From: Oceanispirochaeta sp.
GTDB taxonomy: Bacteria; Spirochaetota; Spirochaetia; DSM-2461
Assembly: GCA_963663385.2 (NCBI GenBank)
Contig: CAXXXD010000003.1
Location: 1 to 64,000, forward strand
Direction of reading: 5' to 3'
Length of the DNA: 64,000 nucleotides
Part shown: positions 36,110 through 46,215 of the stretch, piece by piece
Numbering within the stretch: the stretch's first letter is position 1
Layout: each line of letters opens with the position of its first letter
Made by a program: the position numbers and the translations under genes
Notes under the pieces: model-generated
Seen by the model: only the letters and a program-made list of their open reading frames with translations
The model's database searches: none
What the model was told of the DNA's origin: nothing

Positions 36110-37021
36110 ATGAACTATAATCCATCTGAATTTGATGCTTTTGGACCCTGGATATATCAGGTTAATGCAATATACCCTCTTCCTCCTTTATATAAGGGGT
36201 ATTCGAACAGGCTCGATTCTGCTCTGATTGTGCTGAAGATTCCCCGGGATATAGAGAGGGCCAATGCCAGCCCCGATATGCATCTGTACGATGCTGTACT
36301 TGGACTTTATAAGTCGGAACTGCTTCTTCTTGAACGCAGGGAAGATCAGGTCTGTGAAACGCTCCTTCCTTATGATCAGATTAAAGAAATAAAAAACTAT
36401 ACCTGTCTACTCAGCGGCAGGCTTACCCTTTATACAGAAAACAGAAGTGTGAAAATCCCATACAATACTGTGTCGGAAAATATAATACGGCATGCAGTAA
36501 AAATCATTAGAGATAATCAAGCTCATATCAATAGATTTACAGGCATCAGCCCCATGGATTTCAACCTTGAAACAATGGCGTTTGGTTTCGTTAATGAGGT
36601 TCAGACTATTATTGATGAGAATCCCGGTTGTTACCTTGCTGCCTATCAGCCAGAGATCAGTCATAAAATCCCAAAAGAGACATCTAATTCCGTTTTAGCT
36701 AGGCTGATGCCAATGGAAAGAGTTAAATCCAGCTTTGCAGTTCTGACCAATATGCATGAATTAACGATTATCTCGCGAACGTTCTATCTAAAAAAATGTT
36801 CTACCGATGTCTATTCCTATCATTATAATTACATCAGTGCTTCAAACATAACATCTATTGAAACGGAAGAACTAAGCAGCGAACATGACCGGCTCAGGAT
36901 AGGTACGGGAAATCATGTCAGCACATTCCGGTTTGAGAAGAAGAATAAACGGATGTATGCACTGTTAAATAACCGGTGGAAAACAGATAAACACTATCCT
37001 CTGTATTCCTCCATATCATGA
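36110..37021 (+). CDS. Hypothetical protein
   Basis: SD GGAGGAG before ATG 36110; about 303 aa; no family recognised. Confidence 0.75.
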   Translation: MNYNPSEFDAFGPWIYQVNAIYPLPPLYKGYSNRLDSALIVLKIPRDIERANASPDMHLYDAVLGLYKSELLLLERREDQVCETLLPYDQIKEIKNYTCLLSGRLTLYTENRSVKIPYNTVSENIIRHAVKIIRDNQAHINRFTGISPMDFNLETMAFGFVNEVQTIIDENPGCYLAAYQPEISHKIPKETSNSVLARLMPMERVKSSFAVLTNMHELTIISRTFYLKKCSTDVYSYHYNYISASNITSIETEELSSEHDRLRIGTGNHVSTFRFEKKNKRMYALLNNRWKTDKHYPLYSSIS

Positions 37022-37459
37022 GCCTGCAAAAAAACGGAAATCAAAATCAAATTCCTTCAGATCTATTACTTTAATGCTTTCAAACCGGGGGTGAAGGGGA
37101 TTGATCAGGATATTGTATTCTTCCCGTACCACTTTTGACGGGACGATTATGGCCAGTGAACTCATACTCTCCAGCCAGAGATCACCCTTTTCGTAGGCAT
37201 AGGGATCGGATGAATAATCATGGTCCCTGAACTCTTCTGAAATCAGATCATCCCGGATTTCCAGTTTGATATGCATCATGTTTCCGGGCGGTGTATTTGT
37301 TGAGAAGTGAACAAGATTTTCACAAACGCAGAGGGATACGGATTCAGAGGTATAGATCATTCTCTTTCCGGCAGAATTCCATCGTCCTCCAAATAATCTT
37401 GCCCCCTCCCCGGAGAGGTCCCGGATATGTTTTCTGCTGGCAATCCGGTGTATTACCAT
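37016..37459 (-). CDS. RES domain toxin (ParT/MbcT-like)
   Basis: LSGEGA..GGRWN, YTSES..L...E, VPS, NILINP.HP; TGATG coupling to the antitoxin. Confidence 0.92.
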   Translation of the reverse strand: MVIHRIASRKHIRDLSGEGARLFGGRWNSAGKRMIYTSESVSLCVCENLVHFSTNTPPGNMMHIKLEIRDDLISEEFRDHDYSSDPYAYEKGDLWLESMSSLAIIVPSKVVREEYNILINPLHPRFESIKVIDLKEFDFDFRFFAGS

Positions 37460-37887
37460 CAGGAATAGATTCCCCACTCGATTCTTTCCAGTATATCAAG
37501 AACAAGTTGCGAGCCGTAACGGGAGTCCATAATCTCCAGTGGAACAGCCCCGTCCATTGAACTGTTCGGTTCATTCAGCCACAAATTGAACTTATGGGCA
37601 TCATCAAAAACCTCCATTCCCTTTGCTACAATCTGTGCCAGCTGCAGGGTTGATTCAGTTACGGGAGAGGGTAGGGGATCCGTTTCTTTAAAACGGGAGA
37701 GGTTTCTCTGACTGGTCCCTACAAGTTTGGCCAGTTGGGGTATGGAAATGTTGATCCTTTTCTGAAGAGTCAGCAGGGATGTTTTGGGAAGGCCTTCCTT
37801 TACAACTTCAATATAATCCAGAGTTGTATTGAGGGGATGATGCAGAACCTGATCTCCTCCCAGTATATCCAGAACAGTGCTTTTCAT
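37459..37887 (-). CDS. Xre/MbcA/ParS antitoxin
   Basis: HTH-like N-terminal half; WLNEPN..MDG..PL...G.QLV..IL.RIEWGIYS. Confidence 0.92.
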   Translation of the reverse strand: MKSTVLDILGGDQVLHHPLNTTLDYIEVVKEGLPKTSLLTLQKRINISIPQLAKLVGTSQRNLSRFKETDPLPSPVTESTLQLAQIVAKGMEVFDDAHKFNLWLNEPNSSMDGAVPLEIMDSRYGSQLVLDILERIEWGIYS

Positions 37888-37992
37888 TGGATCTCCTTGT
37901 TGGCCTTATGGCTGTAATTGTAAAGTCGGCTGGCGTGTAGGTCAAGGGATATTACCTCTTAATCCAAATCTGCAGCGGAAAAAGAAGGGGAT

Positions 37993-38025
37993 TGTCACAA
38001 TTCTGCTACAATTCTGCGCTATAAT
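37993..38025 (+). promoter_or_regulatory. 11-bp direct repeat plus -10 box (RR autoregulatory promoter)
   Basis: TGTCACAATTC-TGCTACAATTC, then TATAAT at 38020-38025, 10 nt before ATG 38036. Confidence 0.65.
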
Positions 38026-38035
38026 CACCAGTGTT

Positions 38036-38731
38036 ATGATCAGAAAGCAGCATATCGCCGTTGTTGATGATGAAAAAAGCATACAGAGAACTCTCAGCGT
38101 TGCCCTGGAGGATCAGGGGTATACTATCAGTCTGTACAGCTCCGGTGAAGACGCCCTGGAAAAGGTAAAAACGAATCTGCCCGATCTGATTATTCTGGAT
38201 ATAATGATGCCCGGTATCGACGGGATTACCTTCTGCTCGCTTCTGAGAGAGACCCATCAGAATATTCCCATTATTTTTCTGTCTTCACGTGTGGATGAAC
38301 TGACAAAGCTGGAAGCCCTGAAAAGAGGCGGTGATGATTATATGAGCAAGCCCTTCTCTCTCAACGAGCTGCTGGTAAGAATTTCCGTCTGTCTGCGGAG
38401 GGTGGAGCAGCTTTCGCAGATACCTGCCTGCTCCGTTGGAGAGCAGAAAGGATTCCATATCGACGACGGGGCTTACCAGATCTATTATGACGGGTATCTG
38501 ATCAATCTTTCGGTGACGGAGTTCCGAATTTTCCGGGCGCTTTTCAGTCATCCGGGGATAGTGTTTTCAAGAGACAAGCTGATGGCAGCGGCTTACCCGG
38601 AAGACGGTTATATTTCGGACAGGAATGTGGACAGCCATATAACAAGAATCAGAAAGAAAATAAAACAGCACTGCTGTGAATTTAAAGGAATCGAATCAGT
38701 TTATGGTCTTGGTTACCGGTACCGGAAATAA
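38036..38731 (+). CDS. OmpR-family response regulator (ChvI-like)
   Basis: VVDDE, LDIMMP, KPFS, RNVDSHITRIRKK, IESVYGLGYR. Confidence 0.93.
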   Translation: MIRKQHIAVVDDEKSIQRTLSVALEDQGYTISLYSSGEDALEKVKTNLPDLIILDIMMPGIDGITFCSLLRETHQNIPIIFLSSRVDELTKLEALKRGGDDYMSKPFSLNELLVRISVCLRRVEQLSQIPACSVGEQKGFHIDDGAYQIYYDGYLINLSVTEFRIFRALFSHPGIVFSRDKLMAAAYPEDGYISDRNVDSHITRIRKKIKQHCCEFKGIESVYGLGYRYRK

Positions 38732-40172
38732 AATAAAAAGAATCCTCTACAGTAAAGTCCTCTGGATCTTTATACTGAATTCGCTTCTTATCCTGATTCC
38801 GGTAAGCGGCATGATTCTGATCCGTTCCAGAGACTACCAGGCCTTGAATATACGAAGCATGACAGTCAGGGAGTTGAGCAGAAGTATCATAAGCTTCCTG
38901 GAGCAGGGAGCAGCGCCGGATCTGTTGAGCAGCAGTCCCGTGATTGCTCCCTGGCAGAGAATCCTCCTTGCCGATCCGGATAATCTCCGTATCCTGTCTG
39001 ATTCGGGGTGGCGGAAAAATGATACGATTGCCTCTTTCGAGTACGAACTGCCTGTTTCAAACCATATCAGCCGATTTCTGGGAGACGTTCCTGATCCCGA
39101 GCTGGAGGGAGGGGCGATTCTGGAGCGGATGACCCGCTACATCCAGTCGGGAGAAGATAAATTCAGCATTATCGATTACCGTTTCCTGTATTCTCTCAGG
39201 AATTTTCAAACCCGGGAAGGGCGGATACAGACTCTTATCCTTCTGGTGGATAAATCGGATCTGATGAAGAGTACGAAAATCTATAAAATCCTACTTCTGA
39301 TGACTACTCTGATTTCCCTTCTGACAGCTTTTATTCTGAGCACAGTATACTTCAGACTGCTCATAAAACCTCTAACCCTTTTAACGGAGGAAGCTCTGCG
39401 TATAAAGGAAACAGGAGAACCTCCGAAGGTTCCCTTCTCCATGGAAAAGAGGGTTGATGAGATCGGACTCCTGTCAAGGGCATTCTCAATCACGACCCGG
39501 GAACTGGTTAAGAGTCGGGAATCACTGGAAGACTTTACAGCGGATATTCTGCATGAATTGAAAAATCCGCTTACGGGGATTCGAAACGGGATCGAGATTC
39601 TGAACAGAAAGGAGAGGGCGGGTTCCGAGAGCAGGGAGATGCTTTCAATTCTCTCCCGGGAAACCGGGCGTATTGAAAAACTGCTTTATGATATTCGGGA
39701 ATACAGTCTCTCCGGCAAGGAAGAGGTTCTTTCCGCCTGGTCTGATCCGACGAGTCTTATAGAGGGCGTCCTGTCTCTCTATGCGCAGTGGGATATCAGC
39801 TGCTCCCTTAAGGGTTCCCGTCCGGTAAAACTCCCTGAGGATCAGTTCATCTCCCTTTTAACAAACCTTCTGGATAATGCTGTCGGGTTTTCCCCTGTTC
39901 CCGGCTCTGTTTCTATCGAATATACAGATAAGGGCACACAGTCGTTTCTGACAATACGGGACGAGGGGCCGGGGATCCCCCTGTCGAACAGGGAGAAAAT
40001 CTACAAGCGGTTCTATTCCTGCCGGAAAGAGCCTGAAGATGAGAGCAATCTTCATTCCGGTCTGGGTCTATCTATCGTCTGGAAAATCCTGACTAACAAC
40101 GGGCATGCCGTCCGCTATGAGGAAAACTCTCCCCGGGGAGCCGTATTCATCCTTACCTTCAACAATGCCTGA
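38703..40172 (+). CDS. Sensor histidine kinase with HAMP (ChvG-like); start uncertain (38676 or 38703)
   Basis: DEIGLLSRAF HAMP, ADILHELKNPL, NAVGFS, DEGPGI, HSGLGL. Confidence 0.92.
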   Translation: MVLVTGTGNKIKRILYSKVLWIFILNSLLILIPVSGMILIRSRDYQALNIRSMTVRELSRSIISFLEQGAAPDLLSSSPVIAPWQRILLADPDNLRILSDSGWRKNDTIASFEYELPVSNHISRFLGDVPDPELEGGAILERMTRYIQSGEDKFSIIDYRFLYSLRNFQTREGRIQTLILLVDKSDLMKSTKIYKILLLMTTLISLLTAFILSTVYFRLLIKPLTLLTEEALRIKETGEPPKVPFSMEKRVDEIGLLSRAFSITTRELVKSRESLEDFTADILHELKNPLTGIRNGIEILNRKERAGSESREMLSILSRETGRIEKLLYDIREYSLSGKEEVLSAWSDPTSLIEGVLSLYAQWDISCSLKGSRPVKLPEDQFISLLTNLLDNAVGFSPVPGSVSIEYTDKGTQSFLTIRDEGPGIPLSNREKIYKRFYSCRKEPEDESNLHSGLGLSIVWKILTNNGHAVRYEENSPRGAVFILTFNNA

Positions 40173-40194
40173 TGTCACATTATTGTGACATTCT
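40173..40194 (+). promoter_or_regulatory. Second 11-bp direct repeat resembling the 37993 site
   Basis: TGTCACATTAT-TGTGACATTCT upstream of 40260. Confidence 0.55.
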
Positions 40195-40259
40195 TTTCAT
40201 CTTTCCGCTGAGATCTCCTTATCCCAAACAGGAGATACTGGGGGCAGGGAGCTAATCAA

Positions 40260-41339
40260 ATGAAAAATACTAATGGATACAGAACTGTTTTTCTGCTGCT
40301 GCTGATTTTTCTCAGCTGTTTTCAGGTCTTTGCCGAGTGGGAGAACCCGTCCGACAGGTACATCAATGCCTATAAAGCATATGAAGGCGCTCCGGTTCCC
40401 ATCGAAGAGGACGGAATTAAACATTTTGTCTACTTTGCCAGGGATCGGGACCGGATCCGCAACCACCCTTTTCTGAAGAATTCCCGTTTTGCAGGGGCTC
40501 AGATCATGTACTCCTGGGCGCAGCTGGAAACAGCCCCCGGTGAGTATGACTTCTCCCTGATCCGTGAGGATCTGGCCTGCCTTCAGTCCGGAGGGAAAAA
40601 ACTGTTTATTCAGCTTCAGGATGCCACCTTCTCCACGCGGTATAAGGGTGTTCCGGCTTATCTGCTGACGAAGGAATTTGAAGGAGGAGTTATTGAGCAG
40701 CGGGATGATGATGGAAACCACGAGGGATGGACGGCCAAGCGCTGGAATCCTGTCGTCCGGGAGCGTTTTGCTCTGCTGATGAAAGCTCTGGGAGATGAAT
40801 TCGACGGTGTCATTGAAGGGATTAACCTGCAGGAATCGGCTGTAGGTGTATCCCGGGCTTATGATCCATCCTTTTCTCCGGCTCTTTATGCAGAATCCCT
40901 GAAAGCCAATATGCTGGCTATGAAAAAAGCTTTTCCCCGGTCGGTAACCATGCAGTATGCCAATTTTATGCCCGGAGAGTGGCTGCCCTGGGAGGATGAA
41001 GGGTATCTGAAATCTCTCTATGAATACGGAGAAGAGATAGGTGTCGGTCTGGGAGCGCCGGACCTGATGGTTCACCGTAAAGGGCAGCTGAATCATCCCC
41101 TGGCCATGATGCATGAATCGGATTACAGCGTTCCCCTCGGGATTGCCGTACAGGACGGGAACTATATTGGAGAAACCGGCAACTATACGGTCCAGGATGA
41201 GGCAGAGGAGAAGAGGACGAATCTCGTCCCCATGCTTCAGGCTTTCGCCCGGGATTTTCTGAACGTTCAGTATATGTTCTGGGTGGATCAGGAGCCGTAT
41301 TTTGAAGAAGATGTTCTTCCCTGTTTTATTTCACGGTGA
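40260..41339 (+). CDS. Secreted protein, probable glycoside hydrolase-like TIM barrel
   Basis: Signal peptide; YSWAQLETAPGEYDFS resembles GH35/42/14 N-terminal motif; P.YL, NLQE. Confidence 0.6.
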   Translation: MKNTNGYRTVFLLLLIFLSCFQVFAEWENPSDRYINAYKAYEGAPVPIEEDGIKHFVYFARDRDRIRNHPFLKNSRFAGAQIMYSWAQLETAPGEYDFSLIREDLACLQSGGKKLFIQLQDATFSTRYKGVPAYLLTKEFEGGVIEQRDDDGNHEGWTAKRWNPVVRERFALLMKALGDEFDGVIEGINLQESAVGVSRAYDPSFSPALYAESLKANMLAMKKAFPRSVTMQYANFMPGEWLPWEDEGYLKSLYEYGEEIGVGLGAPDLMVHRKGQLNHPLAMMHESDYSVPLGIAVQDGNYIGETGNYTVQDEAEEKRTNLVPMLQAFARDFLNVQYMFWVDQEPYFEEDVLPCFISR

Positions 41340-41417
41340 CTGGGATAGGGGCTTCTTCAGCCCTTCTGCGGGAAGGATCTGCCTCGGGTTCTGCAGGATG
41401 AATATCCGTAGGCTAGT

Positions 41418-44219
41418 TCAGATAACCCATTGGATATCATTGATCTGTTCTCTGTTCAATTCCCTGTCCGCGTAGCGGTATATTAAACCGGTCCGGTACA
41501 TTAAATGCAGTATCTCTTTGTCGATATGCTCCTCTTCTGCCATCTTCTGCAGGATTTCAAATGCTTTGGAAAGCTTCAGGGGCTCCCGGTAGGGTCTGTC
41601 CTTGGCGGTCAGTGCCTCAAAAATATCGGCAACCGCAATGATTCTGGCCTGCAGGGGGATCTGTTCGTACTTCAGTCCCTCCGGATACCCGGTGCCGTTC
41701 AGTTTCTCATGGTGCATGGAGGCGTACCGGGCGACCTTGCCCAGGTGTCTGGGAAAGGTCAGTTCGTTGAGGATGCGCTTTGTCATCTCCGCATGGTGCT
41801 CGATGATTTTCCTCTCCTGACTGTTCAGATTGCCTCTTCTGATGGATAGAAGATCGAATTCCTCTTCAGTCAGCAGCGGCTGTGTCAGCTCTCCCATGGT
41901 GAAACTCCTGCTCCGGATTCGCTTCAGTTTTTCCAGATCCTCATCTGTCAGGTATCCTCCGCTGATGTTGCAGCTTTTAATGAACTCAAGCTCTTCCATC
42001 AACTCCTCCGGAGAGTCGTCGACTTTCGGAAATATTGTCTCTTTTCTGTTTAATTCCAGCAGCATTCTATAACGCATAACAATCCTGTCAATGCCATCCT
42101 GGAATTTCTGCATCTTGGTCTGTTTATCAATCAGGCTCTCCGGTGTGGTAATCTTTCCGATATCATGCATCCACGCGGCCATATAGAGTTCTTCCATCTC
42201 CTCGGATGAAAAGGATACTTCCGAATAGGAACCTGTTTCATCTTTATTAATCTCCCGGGCAATCATCTCGGTAAGGGTAACAACCCGCCGGATATGACCT
42301 CCGGTAAAGGCGGATTTCTCATCAATGGCCATAGCGATGCTTTTAATAAAAGCATGGAACAGGGATTCAAGGTCCTTCTGGAGCTGGACATTCGTTAACG
42401 CCACAGCCGCCTGGGAGGCCAGTGAAATAATAAGACTCTCGGTTATGGTTGAAAAGGGGATCACTTCTCCTGATCTTACGCGGGCGTTTATAAGCTGAAT
42501 AACCCCGATAAGCTCCCCCTCGTTGTTTTTCATGGGGATCACAAGCATGGACCGGGAGCGGTAGCCGTTGCGGGAATCATAATTCCGGGTTCCCTGAAAA
42601 TCGAATTTATCCGTGCTGTATACATCCGGGATATTGATAACCTCTCCCGTAAGAGCCGCATGGGAGGAGACATTGAAATGGTTGGGATTTCCCGATTCAT
42701 CGTATAGGGGAACCGGTGGAAAGGTAACAGGGGTTCCGCTGGTCCCGCCCATATGGAAATTCATGGTTTCCGTATGAAGGATGACAAAATCCAGATGTTT
42801 TTTCTCCGTATTGTACAGGTACAGGGTTCCTCCGTCGGCATTTGTCAGTTTCCGGGCTTCATTCAGTATGATCTCCAGCAGATGAATAACATTTTTCTCA
42901 GTAGAAAGGGCCAGGCCTATATCGGCAAAGGCCTTGTACCCGGCTTCGCTTTCATGAAGGATATCCAGTTTCTCCAAAAGCTCTCTGTTGGCGGAACTGA
43001 GTTTCCTTCGAAGATCATTGTAGGCTTCCGCCAGAAGGTAGAATTCATCTCCCGTATCCAGGGTAATCTCTTCAAACTCCTCCTCATCCATTTTTTTCAT
43101 GGATTGGATAAGGGTTTCCAGGGGATCAAGAATGTTTTTGCTGAACTGATGCCTGAAAAGGAAAAAGAGAAGAAACACTGTTGTTATAATAAAAACAATA
43201 ACAGAAAGAATAACCATATTCCGCGCGTAGATCAGATTCCTTCTTTTGTGAACCAGGAGAATAGAGTAATTCTGGCCTGTATTGCCTTCTGTTGCCAGAG
43301 GTATCGGGGCGTAATAGATATGGCAGAGTTCCTGTTCCAGTCTGATATTCCTGATGCTCCCGGATTCTCCCTTTACTGCTGCCGATACGGCAAGGCCGAC
43401 TTCCGGGGGCCATTCCAGAACGGTTTTTTCCTGATTCAGAAAACCGTCCCCATTCAGTTTCCCCCTGTCCTCCAGCAGGGTCGAGCGTGTCATCTCAATC
43501 AGGTTGTATATATGCGCAATTTTTTCCGCATCCGGATGAGCGATAATCACCCCGTTCATATCAGTTACAATCGCATACATATCGCTGGATTTTACATAGC
43601 TCTCAACCAGGTTCTGTATATGCTGAAAGTTGATGTCCATCCCCAGAATCCCGATGAGCGAATCCCCCTCCAGGATGGGATGAAATACAGAAGCTGCCGG
43701 CTTATTCCCTGTAAGGGAGTAGTAGGAGAAGGAGATAAACGGCCTGTAATCCCTGCCCTCTGTAATCTGCTTGAACCACCAGCGTTCGGAGCGCTGTCCC
43801 AGCATCCCGTAACTGCGAGCCGTCTGGTTGCCTTCCGCATCCTGGAGAAAGAAGAGGTCCACAAATCTGTACCTCTGCTGCATAGCTGCGAAGAGGGGGA
43901 AGCCGGAACTGTTGCCCAGGCTCCCTGAGGTATCATAATCCTCTGCATAAGCAGTTTTGCGCCTCTCCCAGCTCTCCGCTTCAATCAGGGAATTTCTCAC
44001 TTCCGGATTGATGGATAACTGATAGTTCAGGGTTACCGCATGTTCCAGAAAACGTTCCATGCTTTCAGCCAGGCCGTCGATATAGATCCGGTCTTTTATC
44101 CTGTTATCCTGTTCGGATTTCACCAGCAGATAAGCCGTAATAAACCAGGAGGAAACAGTGACGGATATCCCGACCGAAAGGATCAATAAAATGTACAGTT
44201 TTCTGGATATTTTACTCAC
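41418..44219 (-). CDS. HD-GYP cyclic dinucleotide phosphodiesterase with Cache-like, HAMP and GAF domains
   Basis: TM-sensor-TM, HAMP (DEFYLLAEAYN), GAF (ADGGTLYL, SMLVIPM), WMHDIGK, HHEKLNGTGYP, VADIFEAL. Confidence 0.92.
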   Translation of the reverse strand: MSKISRKLYILLILSVGISVTVSSWFITAYLLVKSEQDNRIKDRIYIDGLAESMERFLEHAVTLNYQLSINPEVRNSLIEAESWERRKTAYAEDYDTSGSLGNSSGFPLFAAMQQRYRFVDLFFLQDAEGNQTARSYGMLGQRSERWWFKQITEGRDYRPFISFSYYSLTGNKPAASVFHPILEGDSLIGILGMDINFQHIQNLVESYVKSSDMYAIVTDMNGVIIAHPDAEKIAHIYNLIEMTRSTLLEDRGKLNGDGFLNQEKTVLEWPPEVGLAVSAAVKGESGSIRNIRLEQELCHIYYAPIPLATEGNTGQNYSILLVHKRRNLIYARNMVILSVIVFIITTVFLLFFLFRHQFSKNILDPLETLIQSMKKMDEEEFEEITLDTGDEFYLLAEAYNDLRRKLSSANRELLEKLDILHESEAGYKAFADIGLALSTEKNVIHLLEIILNEARKLTNADGGTLYLYNTEKKHLDFVILHTETMNFHMGGTSGTPVTFPPVPLYDESGNPNHFNVSSHAALTGEVINIPDVYSTDKFDFQGTRNYDSRNGYRSRSMLVIPMKNNEGELIGVIQLINARVRSGEVIPFSTITESLIISLASQAAVALTNVQLQKDLESLFHAFIKSIAMAIDEKSAFTGGHIRRVVTLTEMIAREINKDETGSYSEVSFSSEEMEELYMAAWMHDIGKITTPESLIDKQTKMQKFQDGIDRIVMRYRMLLELNRKETIFPKVDDSPEELMEELEFIKSCNISGGYLTDEDLEKLKRIRSRSFTMGELTQPLLTEEEFDLLSIRRGNLNSQERKIIEHHAEMTKRILNELTFPRHLGKVARYASMHHEKLNGTGYPEGLKYEQIPLQARIIAVADIFEALTAKDRPYREPLKLSKAFEILQKMAEEEHIDKEILHLMYRTGLIYRYADRELNREQINDIQWVI

Positions 44220-44394
44220 TCTTCAACCTCGGGAACCAAGTTATATTCATTAGAAAAATAATCATCAATTTAAATATTGTTTCTTCCGAAGCAATATTCA
44301 AGAATAATTATTGTATTTTCTGATTCTTTCGGACAGGATCGCTGCCTCTTCTCCTTCGATCTGTTGCAGATCGGGGAAAGAGGCAGTCATGTTT

Positions 44395-45222
44395 TCAGCC
44401 CTTGATACCGGTGGAGGCGATCCCTTTGACAAACTGTTTCTGGAAAAGGATGAAAAGGATCAGCATGGGCCAGATGGCAATGGTTGCTCCTGCCATTAAC
44501 TGGGGATAGTCCGTAAAGAACTGTCCCTGTAAAGTCGCCAGTCCGGAAGAGAGGGTGAACTTCTCAACAGAGGTGTTGACAATAAGAGGCCACATAAGCT
44601 CTTTCCAGGCAAAAAGGGATGTAAAAATCCCCAGAGAGACCAGGGCGTTCCCGCAGAGGGGAAGCATTATCCGCCAGTAGATGCTGAAAGGGTTGCAGCC
44701 GTCTATTACCGCTGCCTCCTCCAGATCTTTCGGGATGCTCATAAAAAACTGCCGGAGAAGAAAGGTTCCGAAGGCGCTGACAAAACCGGGCAGAACAAGG
44801 CCGGCAATGGTATCCAGCCAGCCGAGCTTTACGGCTATCAGGTATTGGGGAATCAGGAATATCTGGGGAGGAACCATCATCTGTATTAAAACCAGATAAA
44901 ACAGAAGATCCCTTCCGGGGAATTTGAGCCGGGCAAAACCGTAGGCCGCCATGGAACTGAACAGGAGAACCGGAATCATCCGTCCGCCGATCATTCCCAT
45001 GGTGTTGATAAACAGCCTGGAGAAGGGCAGGAGTCCCGATACTTCCCGGTAGTTCTCCCAGCGAGGTGATTCCGGCAGATATCTGATGGGTATCTGTGTC
45101 GATTCGGCCAGGGTTTTAATGGAAGTAAGAAACATCCAGAGAAAAGGGGCTGCCATTGTCAGAGCTCCCAGAAGGAGCAGTATATATACTATTGAGTGCT
45201 GGTTTCGTTTTTTTCGTATCAT
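44395..45222 (-). CDS. Carbohydrate ABC permease (MalG-like)
   Basis: AAYGFARL.FPG, LEEAAVIDG, FQKQFVKG. Confidence 0.93.
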   Translation of the reverse strand: MIRKKRNQHSIVYILLLLGALTMAAPFLWMFLTSIKTLAESTQIPIRYLPESPRWENYREVSGLLPFSRLFINTMGMIGGRMIPVLLFSSMAAYGFARLKFPGRDLLFYLVLIQMMVPPQIFLIPQYLIAVKLGWLDTIAGLVLPGFVSAFGTFLLRQFFMSIPKDLEEAAVIDGCNPFSIYWRIMLPLCGNALVSLGIFTSLFAWKELMWPLIVNTSVEKFTLSSGLATLQGQFFTDYPQLMAGATIAIWPMLILFILFQKQFVKGIASTGIKG

Positions 45223-45227
45223 TTTAA

Positions 45228-46130
45228 TTAATCTCCATAATGGACCCATTTCTTCTGCATTCTGAACTGTATGACCGTCACAAGGAGAATCAGGATAAGC
45301 AGTCCCATAATCAGGGATGAGGCATAGGCTTTGTTCATGGATTCAAATCCCTGCTGATAGTAGTAGCGAACTACGGTCCTGGCAAAGGGATAGGCCGGAT
45401 TCGAATTGGTGGGGGGATACATCATATAGATAAGATCAAACTGTTTCAGTCCGTTGATAATACTTGTAATGACTACAAAAAAGATTGAGGGCGTCAACAG
45501 GGGCAGGGTGATGTACAGGTATCGCCTGACAGGAGAAGCCCCGTCAATCAGGGATGCTTCATGATACATTTTGGGAATCCCCTGCAAACCGGCCAGGAGT
45601 ATAATCATGTTGTATCCGACAGATTGCCAGATTGCGATAACGGCTACCGACGGAAGCCCCCATACGGGATCTGTATTCCATGCCGCTACGGGCAGGTGGA
45701 ATACAGCCAGCAGCTGATTCAGGATCCCGTAATCGGCATTGTAAATCCAGCGCCAGATCATGGCCACTGCGGCAGGAGCTGATACGACGGGCAGAAAAAA
45801 GATTGCGCGGAAAAGTCCTTTCCCTTTGATTCCCAGATTGAGGAACTGAGCTGCAATAAGTGAGAATACCGTACCCAGCGGCACGGTCAGCAGCGTAAAC
45901 AGGAAGGTATTATAAACAGAACGCCAGAAATCCCTGTCCTTTATAAGAACCCTGTAGTTATTCAGTCCTTCCCAGTCGAAGCGGCCGAAATCTCCCGAGC
46001 TGCAGAGACTCAGATAAAATGTTTGTATCATGGGCCAGATATTCAGAAGAATAAGGCCCAGAATAGTGGGGAGGATCATGAAGTATCCCCAGCCGATGGC
46101 AGCCCAGCGGCGTGTAGTTATATTGCTCAT
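45228..46130 (-). CDS. Carbohydrate ABC permease (MalF-like)
   Basis: GLNNY, LAGLQGIP...EASLIDGAS, ITLPLL. Confidence 0.93.
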   Translation of the reverse strand: MSNITTRRWAAIGWGYFMILPTILGLILLNIWPMIQTFYLSLCSSGDFGRFDWEGLNNYRVLIKDRDFWRSVYNTFLFTLLTVPLGTVFSLIAAQFLNLGIKGKGLFRAIFFLPVVSAPAAVAMIWRWIYNADYGILNQLLAVFHLPVAAWNTDPVWGLPSVAVIAIWQSVGYNMIILLAGLQGIPKMYHEASLIDGASPVRRYLYITLPLLTPSIFFVVITSIINGLKQFDLIYMMYPPTNSNPAYPFARTVVRYYYQQGFESMNKAYASSLIMGLLILILLVTVIQFRMQKKWVHYGD

Positions 46131-46162
46131 AATATTTATTGTTATCCTAGATAGGTTGGGAG

Positions 46163-46196
46163 GAACCGGTCTCTCCCCGCCGGGAGAGACCGGTTC
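46163..46196 (-). terminator. Perfect 15-bp stem-loop after SBP gene
   Basis: GAACCGGTCTCTCCC-CGCC-GGGAGAGACCGGTTC. Confidence 0.75.
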
Positions 46197-46215
46197 TCTT
46201 GTATAATACTGTTTA

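Noticed and set aside
37877..38035. N-terminal extension of the response regulator ORF
   Set aside because: Overlaps the divergent antitoxin start and the promoter; the REC domain begins at ATG 38036
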